From a virus, in the IMG/VR virus record IMGVR_UViG_3300044712_000688, positions 72,299 through 136,298 of that record: a stretch of DNA of 64,000 bases; one strand, written 5' to 3'. A program made the position numbers and the translations under genes. Shown piece after piece: positions 15,690 to 23,229 of the stretch (positions are counted from its first letter, which is position 1; every line of letters begins with the position of its first letter). The notes beneath the pieces were generated by a model. It had not been told where the DNA came from, did not search any database, and saw nothing but the letters and a program-made list of their open reading frames with translations.

Positions 15690-17711
15690 GTGTACGACCA
15701 GATTAAAACACAGCTAGACACCCTGGCTGATCTTAGCGATGAACAACTCGCTGAGCTTCAGACCCAGATTGTCGGCGAGTTTGAATCGATCGATGCTGAT
15801 GAACCAACTTCCGAGTCAGTTGATGCGATGACATCCCTAGCGGATTCCCTTGACATCGTACGTGGTGAGCTTTCTCGTCGCGAGGCCCTCGCTGAAGAGT
15901 TAGCTGCTCGTGCGGCTGAGGCTACTGCCCGTATTAAGGGTGGAGCCGAAGAAGGAGAGGAAATGGCTATGGAAGACATGCCAATCGTAGAAGAGGCCCC
16001 TGTAGAAGAGGCCCCTGTTGAGGAAGCCCCAGTAGAAGAAGCAGAGGAAACTCCTGCTGACGAAGTTACTGAGACTCCTGAAGAGGAAAAGAAGGAAGAG
16101 GAAGAGGACAAGGAAGAGCCTATGAAGGCATCTGCCGAGACCGAAACCACTCCTGAAACTTCAGCATCAATTGACCAGGAATCAGGTTCTGAACTATCGA
16201 CCGAATCGGTTGAGACTGTTGACGAGACCATTACTGCAGACGGTTCTGCCGAGGAAGTAGTTGCTGATGAAGCTCCTGCTACCGAAGCTGCCGTAGAAGC
16301 AACCGAAGCTCCGGCTGAAGTTGTTGTAGAAGCAGTAGAGGGTTCGGAAGCATCAGCCGAAGAAACCACTTTAGAAACATCAACCGCTCTCGTAGAAGAG
16401 CAGAAAGAGCAGGCACTAGTGAGCGCCGCAGCAGAACAGCCTTTCGAGGCTCCAGCTGACCGTCAGCCTGTAGTTCAGGTAACCGAGGCTCCAGTGGCAA
16501 TCACCGCTGGCGCAGACATCCCTGGCTACACCGCAGGCAGCACCATCAACGATATGAACGAAGTAGCTCAGGCTATGGAGAAGCGTATCCACTCGCTACG
16601 CCGTGTAAACGGCGGCGACGGAGAGCAGCACATCGTTGCATCTATCACCACTCAGTACCCAGAAGAGCGTACTCTTACTGCTAACGCAGAAGAGAATGCC
16701 CTCAAGATTGGTAACGTTGTAGGTCAGGACGCACTTGTTGCTTCTGGTGGCCACGCAGCTCCATTCGAGGTCAAGTACGACATCTTCGCAATCGGTTCAA
16801 CCACTGTACGCCCAGTTCGCGATGCACTGCCTCGCTTCCAGGCTGACCGTGGCGGTATCCGCTTTGTGACCCCACCTAGCTTCGCATCTGGTGACTACGC
16901 TAGCGCAGTTGGCGTATGGACCGCAGCTGTTGACGCTGACCCACAGAGCGCTACTAAGACCAGCTTGACCGTTACCGCTGCTCAGGAGCAGACTGTTTCG
17001 ACTGACGCTGTTACCTTGCAGCTACAGTTCGGTAACCTCATGACTCGTGCTTACCCAGAGTTGATTGCTCGCCACAACGAGCTAGCTCTTGTACAGCACG
17101 CTCGCGAGGCAGAGCAGAACCTGCTAAGCAAGATTGGTGACGCTTCGACTGCTGTTACTACCACCAACCTAATCGGTTTTGGTCGTGACTTCCTAGTTCA
17201 GATCCGTCGTGCAGCTGTTGCTTACCGCTCACGTCACCGCATTGACCCACAGACCCGTCTGAAGGCTATCGTTCCTTCATGGATCTACGAGGCAATGGCA
17301 GCTGACCTAACCCTATCAATGCCTGGTGACGGCACCCTTGCTGTCTCACGCGCTGAGATTGATGGTTACCTTGCAACCGTTAACGTTGACCTAGTGGCTT
17401 CGCTAGACCAGAACGTCTTCGGTGCACAGGGTGCTTCGGCTCTTCTAGAGTTCCCAGACAGCTTCGTTTGGTACCTCTTCGCAGAAGGCACCTTCCTGTT
17501 CCTTGATGGCGGTACTCTTGACCTTGGTATCATCCGTGACTCGTCACTGGTTGGCACCAACGACTACAAGATGTTCACCGAAACCTTCGAGAACGTTGCT
17601 AAGGTCGGTATCGAGGCTCTTAAGATCACCTCGACCATCTCAATCAACGGTGTTGCTGCAGCTCTGCGCGACACCACTGGTGGCACCGCTGCAGCCACCA
17701 TCGAGCTCTAA
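15690..17711 (+). CDS. Major capsid protein with N-terminal acidic scaffold region
   Basis: GTG 15690 follows AGGAGG. Coiled-coil plus Glu/Ala/Pro-rich N-half. ALVASGG precedes the HK97-fold-like region (RGGIRF, GTLDLGIIRDSSLVGTNDYKMFTETFE). Confidence 0.9.
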   Translation: MYDQIKTQLDTLADLSDEQLAELQTQIVGEFESIDADEPTSESVDAMTSLADSLDIVRGELSRREALAEELAARAAEATARIKGGAEEGEEMAMEDMPIVEEAPVEEAPVEEAPVEEAEETPADEVTETPEEEKKEEEEDKEEPMKASAETETTPETSASIDQESGSELSTESVETVDETITADGSAEEVVADEAPATEAAVEATEAPAEVVVEAVEGSEASAEETTLETSTALVEEQKEQALVSAAAEQPFEAPADRQPVVQVTEAPVAITAGADIPGYTAGSTINDMNEVAQAMEKRIHSLRRVNGGDGEQHIVASITTQYPEERTLTANAEENALKIGNVVGQDALVASGGHAAPFEVKYDIFAIGSTTVRPVRDALPRFQADRGGIRFVTPPSFASGDYASAVGVWTAAVDADPQSATKTSLTVTAAQEQTVSTDAVTLQLQFGNLMTRAYPELIARHNELALVQHAREAEQNLLSKIGDASTAVTTTNLIGFGRDFLVQIRRAAVAYRSRHRIDPQTRLKAIVPSWIYEAMAADLTLSMPGDGTLAVSRAEIDGYLATVNVDLVASLDQNVFGAQGASALLEFPDSFVWYLFAEGTFLFLDGGTLDLGIIRDSSLVGTNDYKMFTETFENVAKVGIEALKITSTISINGVAAALRDTTGGTAAATIEL

Positions 17712-17737
17712 TAGTTCGATAAGGCAGTTATCGTTGC

Positions 17738-17761
17738 GGGAGGGTCCTTCGGGGCCCTCCC
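17738..17761 (+). terminator. Strong hairpin after the capsid gene
   Basis: GGGAGGGTCC-TTCG-GGGCCCTCCC with a cUUCGg tetraloop; no U-tract. Confidence 0.6.
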
Positions 17762-17801
17762 AATACGAGTAAAAATATAGACTTTATTTAGAGGATTTTA
17801 A

Positions 17802-18887
17802 ATGGCCTTCCCAAAGAATGGTGTTATAGCGGCCCCTAAAATTGTGCCGTCAGCGTTCGGCCTACTCGCTGTAGTTGATGTAGAAAACTCAGCTGATGAA
17901 GACCACTGGATCCGCGGTTTCTCGCAGGAGTGGGAGACGGACCTCTACGCTCTTTACAATGTAGATGAGACCAACAGCCACGAAACTCAGATTGCTGGCG
18001 CTGGCAACGTAAACTACTACGACGAGATCAAGCCTTTCTTCATTGAAGTACAGGAAGATCGTTCAACTCTAGGATTTCTTGGCATTGACCGAATTGCCCG
18101 CATCTCTCGCCAACTTGAGGCAACTAGCCAGCGTGCAATTGAAGAAGAACTCTGGGACGGTGCAATCCGAATAACCTCTGGCCACGCAAACCGCGCTCTA
18201 GTTTCTTCGGCCTTGACAGTTGTTGATGGCGAGGGCTTATCAGCTAAGCGCTCACTTGCTGCTCTGGAGCATGGAATTGCTCAGGCTTCGCACGCTGGCG
18301 AGCAGGGAATCATCCACGCTACTCGCGATGTTGTTGCTGCTCTTTCAAGCAACAGCCAGATGCTTTTCCACAACAAGATCAAAGACCACCTGCAGACTAT
18401 GGGTGGAACTCCGGTTGTTACTGGTTCTGGTTACTCGGGTAATGGTCCTAAGTGGGATGTCCTTACTGCTTCTGTAAATGGCAACAAGTTGATTCTTGTT
18501 ACCAACGGTCGCCACTACTTCCAGAACGGTGACCGTATCTCGCTATCAATTACTAGCGATACTTTAGGCACCGTAACTCTTACTAATGTTGAAGTTACTA
18601 CCAACACTGGAACTGAATTTAAAGTTGACTACACTCACGCTAACGTGACTGCAGAAGACGCCACTGGTTATGCTCAGCAACTGGGCACTACCACTGACAA
18701 ATGGATTTACGCCACCGGCACTGTCAAGGTCTACCTAGGCAATGTTGATGTCGTGAACGACAATCTAAGCCAAGCTTACGACGTGTCGGGTAATGCGAAT
18801 GACATGCGTCTCAAAGCAATCCGCCCAGCTGCGGCTTACTTTGATACATCAATCCACCTTGCTGTTCGAGTAGATCTAACAGCCTAA
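17802..18887 (+). CDS. Capsid-associated / decoration-like structural protein
   Basis: Between the capsid and major tail genes. Contains an inserted beta domain (HYFQNGDRISL) like those in the tail proteins. Confidence 0.5.
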   Translation: MAFPKNGVIAAPKIVPSAFGLLAVVDVENSADEDHWIRGFSQEWETDLYALYNVDETNSHETQIAGAGNVNYYDEIKPFFIEVQEDRSTLGFLGIDRIARISRQLEATSQRAIEEELWDGAIRITSGHANRALVSSALTVVDGEGLSAKRSLAALEHGIAQASHAGEQGIIHATRDVVAALSSNSQMLFHNKIKDHLQTMGGTPVVTGSGYSGNGPKWDVLTASVNGNKLILVTNGRHYFQNGDRISLSITSDTLGTVTLTNVEVTTNTGTEFKVDYTHANVTAEDATGYAQQLGTTTDKWIYATGTVKVYLGNVDVVNDNLSQAYDVSGNANDMRLKAIRPAAAYFDTSIHLAVRVDLTA

Positions 18888-18906
18888 ACCTAAGGAGAAT
18901 AGCTAA

Positions 18907-20055
18907 ATGGCTACTCAAGAATATGCAGCTAGCATCCAGGGTGTGTCTATTCGCGTCACCCGTCTGGATTCTGCTGGAAACTTGATGACTGGTCCAGGAG
19001 ACAGCTATACCACCTCTGCATTCATGCGTATTTCGTTCACCCCAGAATATGAAGAGGGCGACGAAATTACTGAGAAGGGTGCAAACGGTGTTGTATGTGT
19101 AACCTACAAGGCACCAGACACACTAAAGCGTATCACCATGGAGCTCGCTATCTGTGAGCCAGACCCAGAGCTTTCGGCTCTATTGTCTGGTGGTCTACTG
19201 CTTCGTAAGAACATCGGAACTGCAAATGACCCTAACCTGAAGTCAGTCGGTTGGGCTGCTCCTGGTGTTGGCGATGACCCTGCTGGTAACGGTGTTGCCA
19301 TCGAGGCTTGGTCACACGCTGTGAAGGATGGAAAGCGTGCAGGCGTTCTTCCTTACTTCCACTGGGTCTTCCCATACGTGAAGATGCGTCAGTCAGGTGA
19401 CCGCGTTATTGAAAACGGTCTACTTGCAAACACCTTCGAAGGCTTCGGTCTTGGTAACCCATCATTCCAGTCTGGTATTGACGGCCGCTGGGAGTTCCCG
19501 GTTGCTGCAGAGCGTCCATACGCTTACGCACGCGCAAGCTGGGCTCCAACTGGTCTGAACGGTTTCTACACTTGGACCGATGGATCTGGACCAGTAGTCT
19601 TCACTTCGCCTAGCGCCAAGTCGCCTACTACCATCACCCTCAACAGTGCTGCAGGAACTTACGCTGACTCAACTGGTACCGCAACTCTTACCTTCAGCGC
19701 TGCTCACGGTATTTCAAGTGGCGATGTCATTTATGTTCAGAATGTTGGCGCAGCCTTCAATGGTACTTACACTGTAACTACTAGCACTGGAGCCACTGGT
19801 TCTGGCGGTACATACACTGTTAGCTATGTAAGCACTGGCATAACTGAAGCTATCAACAGCTTCACCGTTGGATCTGGTGCCCGCGTAACTGTCACTGACT
19901 CTTTGACAGAGACTAACCCAGCCCCTATCGCTGTGACCAGCGCACAGCTTGGTGCTTCTGTTGGTGACGCAAGCTACAACGTACCTGGTAACATCAACTA
20001 CAACGCCGACAATAACATCGACAACATCATCGTTTCGAACGAATCAGCTGAGTAG
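18907..20055 (+). CDS. Major tail protein with C-terminal beta-rich extension
   Basis: YAASIQGVSIRVTRLD, EYEEGDEITEK and YFHWVFP resemble actinophage tail-tube proteins; SD AAGGAG. Confidence 0.85.
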   Translation: MATQEYAASIQGVSIRVTRLDSAGNLMTGPGDSYTTSAFMRISFTPEYEEGDEITEKGANGVVCVTYKAPDTLKRITMELAICEPDPELSALLSGGLLLRKNIGTANDPNLKSVGWAAPGVGDDPAGNGVAIEAWSHAVKDGKRAGVLPYFHWVFPYVKMRQSGDRVIENGLLANTFEGFGLGNPSFQSGIDGRWEFPVAAERPYAYARASWAPTGLNGFYTWTDGSGPVVFTSPSAKSPTTITLNSAAGTYADSTGTATLTFSAAHGISSGDVIYVQNVGAAFNGTYTVTTSTGATGSGGTYTVSYVSTGITEAINSFTVGSGARVTVTDSLTETNPAPIAVTSAQLGASVGDASYNVPGNINYNADNNIDNIIVSNESAE

Positions 20056-20067
20056 TAACTTAAAGTA

Positions 20068-20110
20068 AACGGGTGGCGCACTGGTCTAATGAACTGGTAC
20101 GCCACCCGTT
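20068..20110 (+). terminator. Long hairpin after the major tail gene
   Basis: AACGGGTGGCG...CGCCACCCGTT perfect 11-bp inverted repeat, extendable by ACTGGT/ACTGGT G-U pairing. Confidence 0.65.
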
Positions 20111-20131
20111 AAACTTATAAGAGAGGTTTAT

Positions 20132-21235
20132 ATGACAAATAACTTTTGGATCCAGCCCGAAGAGCTTGGTGACTACTCTTATACGGAGTTCACAGAGGAA
20201 GCTGTTCACACTGCGTCATACCTTCTCTGGGCCATGTCTGGCCGTAAGTACACTGGTGAAACCACTGTAACTGAGCGTTATACCTGTACCCTGCGTAACA
20301 ACCGTATTGGCCCCTCGACCAAAACCAACTCTCCAGTATTGTTTGGTGGAGACGTTTACAATATTCCTTCTGGCGACTACGACGAGTACTCGGAGCTAAC
20401 CTCTGACGGTATGTCACCTGACTCACGCATCCGCTTGCGCGGGCGTCCAGTAACTAAAATTCATGCCATTCGTAACCGACTTGGTAGCATAATTGATCCG
20501 TCGAATTATTACCTTGTAGACCACTCTACAATTCACGTAAAAGCTGGAACTCCTTGGACCCCGTGCAATACTGAGGTCACATACTCATACGGCACCCCTG
20601 TTCCTGCTGTTGGAAAAATGGCAGCTAGAACCCTTGCTATCGAATTCATTAAACTCTGGTCTGATGACGATACATGTCAGCTCCCTCAGCGTGTGACCTC
20701 TGTATCTCGTCAAGGCGTTTCTTACACGATTCTTGATAATCAAGAGTTCATCGAAGAGCTTCGTACTGGCCTTTACGTTATTGATCTTTTCCTAAAGACC
20801 GTAAACCCAGACAATGCTCGACGCAAGTCAAAGGTATTCTCTCCAGACCAACCTCGAGCTAGACGTTACTCTCCGAAAGCCCTTGTACTTACTGCTGATG
20901 CCGACTTTGATTTGGCTCTAGTCAAGGGTGCTTCTGCAAGCTGGACATCTGCCGGACTTGACGTTGATTTAAGTAACTTCCAAGAAGACTGGGACCCGCT
21001 AGTTCAGATCAACAGCTATAGTGGAGTTCGCTCTAGCAATCTAGACAGCTCTGATATCACACTGTCTTCTAACAACACTGTTCTAAGTTTCACCGTTCCA
21101 TACTCAAAAGCTAATTCAACGCTGGGAATGGTTGATCCAGGTTATTGGACTCTTTATGCCACCAAAACAATTGATGGTGTAGAGAACCTAGTAGAGCTTG
21201 CTTCTGGAAACCTCCAGATCAAGATGTATAGCTAA
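20132..21235 (+). CDS. Head-to-tail adaptor
   Basis: LWAMSGRKY and CQLPQRVTSVSRQGVSY resemble actinophage adaptors; gene position fits. Confidence 0.75.
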   Translation: MTNNFWIQPEELGDYSYTEFTEEAVHTASYLLWAMSGRKYTGETTVTERYTCTLRNNRIGPSTKTNSPVLFGGDVYNIPSGDYDEYSELTSDGMSPDSRIRLRGRPVTKIHAIRNRLGSIIDPSNYYLVDHSTIHVKAGTPWTPCNTEVTYSYGTPVPAVGKMAARTLAIEFIKLWSDDDTCQLPQRVTSVSRQGVSYTILDNQEFIEELRTGLYVIDLFLKTVNPDNARRKSKVFSPDQPRARRYSPKALVLTADADFDLALVKGASASWTSAGLDVDLSNFQEDWDPLVQINSYSGVRSSNLDSSDITLSSNNTVLSFTVPYSKANSTLGMVDPGYWTLYATKTIDGVENLVELASGNLQIKMYS

Positions 21236-21246
21236 GAGAGGTAAAT

Positions 21247-21432
21247 ATGTCAATTCAGACTAATTTCCGTGCTCAGGACATGCTTGGTACTGCTAAGCCT
21301 GAACCTGTGGTTGCTCCTGCTAAGAAGGTGGCTCCTAAGCCAGCTCCTAAGGTAGAAGCTCCTAAGGTAGAGGAGCCAGTAGTAGAGGTTGTAGCTGAGG
21401 CAGAACCTGTTATTGACGTTGTAGAGGAGTAA
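21247..21432 (+). CDS. Small Pro/Lys/Glu-rich hypothetical protein
   Basis: 61-aa ORF with SD GAGG, tightly packed in the operon. Confidence 0.6.
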   Translation: MSIQTNFRAQDMLGTAKPEPVVAPAKKVAPKPAPKVEAPKVEEPVVEVVAEAEPVIDVVEE

Positions 21433-21434
21433 AA

Positions 21435-21944
21435 ATGACGACGACCGCTATTGACTTTACTGGTGTCGCTGAGGATGCAACAAATCTTCGCGACATGATG
21501 GAAGGTGTACTTGAGCGCGTCCAGTCTATTTTTCAGTCATACAACGTAAATCTTCCTGAACGAAGATATTGGACGATGGGTCAACCAGCTATTGATTGCG
21601 AACAGCTGGTTGTCTCATTCGTTCAGATGTATTTGGGTGCTCCGGGGGCTCAGGTGGGTGAGCCTCAGCGTTGTCACGTGCCGAGAAGCGCAACCCTAAA
21701 CATAATGATTTCTAGAGCTACACCTATTGTCGGTCAGAATGGTAGGCCACCATCACCACAGAAGATTCAGATAGCTTCTGAAACCTTGGCTTACGATTCA
21801 TGGGTTCTAATGGAGTCGGTAAATCTACTGGATCAGTGGGATGAGACTGGCTACGGTATCGGTGTCATTGCTACCTTAGAGGTTGGCGCACCTGAAGGTG
21901 GATTCCAGACCACAACCATGAGCGTCACAATGGCGGTTCCATAA
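21435..21944 (+). CDS. Tail terminator / head-tail connector
   Basis: Position and size; CEQLVVSF...GGF pattern as in related actinophage connectors. Confidence 0.55.
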   Translation: MTTTAIDFTGVAEDATNLRDMMEGVLERVQSIFQSYNVNLPERRYWTMGQPAIDCEQLVVSFVQMYLGAPGAQVGEPQRCHVPRSATLNIMISRATPIVGQNGRPPSPQKIQIASETLAYDSWVLMESVNLLDQWDETGYGIGVIATLEVGAPEGGFQTTTMSVTMAVP

Positions 21945-21945
21945 A

Positions 21946-22470
21946 ATGCCAGCTTGGGGATTAGTACCAGACAGCCCTTGGATATACGCGGCTCAAAAAC
22001 TAGCTCGTAAGGGATCTGTCAGCTATAGGCCTTCTGGTCCTCGAAAAACTGGGCTATCTACATCATTCCGATACAGTAGCTCTAGGGTAATAATTTATAA
22101 ATCAGCCCTGAATTTCGAGACACATGACTCGGCTGGAATGGTCGGTAAGTACTTAAACAAAATTGGCCAGCGCATAGTTAGAGGCGCAAGGCGACAAGTC
22201 GGGGTCCGTACTGGAAATCTGCGTAGAAGTATAGAACTTCAGCATATTGTGTTTAGAGAGGGTGCGGCCATAAAAGTCGGATCGCGACTAAATTATGCAT
22301 ATATGCACCATGAGGGAACTAAGCCTCACGTTATTACACCTAATCCACCTAACACAGTTTTAGTGTTTGGTAAGGGAACTAGGGTTATACACGCAAGGGC
22401 AGTTAACCACCCAGGTGCCAAACCAAATAGATATCTCTCTGATCAACTCAGAATCCATATAAGAGGGTAA
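21946..22470 (+). CDS. Neck protein, HK97 gp10-like
   Basis: GVRTGNLRRSI, YAYMHHEGT and VNHPG are typical gp10-family motifs; basic protein. Confidence 0.7.
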   Translation: MPAWGLVPDSPWIYAAQKLARKGSVSYRPSGPRKTGLSTSFRYSSSRVIIYKSALNFETHDSAGMVGKYLNKIGQRIVRGARRQVGVRTGNLRRSIELQHIVFREGAAIKVGSRLNYAYMHHEGTKPHVITPNPPNTVLVFGKGTRVIHARAVNHPGAKPNRYLSDQLRIHIRG

Positions 22471-22473
22471 AAT
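22465..22473 (+). promoter_or_regulatory. GGTAAAAT-type promoter for the tail chaperone / tape measure genes
   Basis: GGGTAAAAT overlapping the stop codon at 22468-22470. Confidence 0.5.
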
Positions 22474-22521
22474 AGAAGTACTGCTATTTGGCAGGAACAA
22501 GAAAGAAAGACATAAAATAAT

Positions 22522-22857
22522 ATGACTAAATTCAAGGACTTTGGTAGTGGTCCAGACCTTACCAACGTAGAGCCAATTACCTTCGCAATTCACGGTGAAA
22601 ATTTTGAATGCAAGAAGGCCGTGCCTGGAAAGCTTTTGCTTGATTTGGTGGCTAAGTCAAAGTCAGCTGACCCAGCTGAAGCAGCCGGAACTATTGATCA
22701 GTTCTTCTCAAAGGTGCTTGTAGCGGAAAGCTACGAGCGGTTCAATGCACTTCTCGAAGATGCTGACCGAATTGTCACAGTAGAGCAGCTTGGTGACATC
22801 ACTGGTTGGGTTGTGGAGCAGTTCAGCGAACGCCCGGAAGAGCAGCCAGAGGCTTAG
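22522..22857 (+). CDS. Tail assembly chaperone (gpG-like)
   Basis: 111 aa, two ORFs upstream of the tape measure gene. Confidence 0.75.
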   Translation: MTKFKDFGSGPDLTNVEPITFAIHGENFECKKAVPGKLLLDLVAKSKSADPAEAAGTIDQFFSKVLVAESYERFNALLEDADRIVTVEQLGDITGWVVEQFSERPEEQPEA

Positions 22858-23213
22858 CAGAATGGGCTATTGACCTCTGGCCCTACGTGAATGGAAAAGC
22901 TTTGATTTCGGGAATCAACCTAAAGGAGATGAATATGTCAGACATGCTAGACGTTATTCATTTCATGTTCGAGGAAGATTCTCGTTATCTATCTCAGGAG
23001 GAAGTCGAATCCGTGAGTGCTACTCGTACTCAGGTATACGAAACCTTATATGGGGTAACTTACAACTATAAAGTGAAGGCTCGTAGTAAGACAAACTCTA
23101 CTTCTACGGGTGTTCCTGATCTAGATGAAGTTAAACCATATGTTCCTCCAACAGAGTTTGATCCTGAATCATCTAACCCATTCGGCAGTCTTTTAGAAGC
23201 TCCGCTTCGCTAA
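22806..23213 (+). CDS. Tail assembly chaperone second ORF (gpT-like), -1 frame relative to gpG
   Basis: Overlaps the gpG end in the -1 frame (LAEWAIDLWPYVNG...DMLDVIHF). Alternative independent ATG at 22935 with AAGGAG. Confidence 0.65.
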   Translation: MGCGAVQRTPGRAARGLAEWAIDLWPYVNGKALISGINLKEMNMSDMLDVIHFMFEEDSRYLSQEEVESVSATRTQVYETLYGVTYNYKVKARSKTNSTSTGVPDLDEVKPYVPPTEFDPESSNPFGSLLEAPLR

Positions 23214-23229
23214 TTAAGTAGGTGAAAAA

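Noticed and set aside
15987-16040. Three-fold VEEAP repeat in the capsid scaffold
   Set aside because: Ordinary short duplication in a disordered acidic linker.
15758-16500. Long antisense ORFs over the capsid scaffold (similar ones over collagens, tape measure and polyprotein)
   Set aside because: Shadows of low-complexity or codon-biased sense genes, with no SD or recognisable domains.
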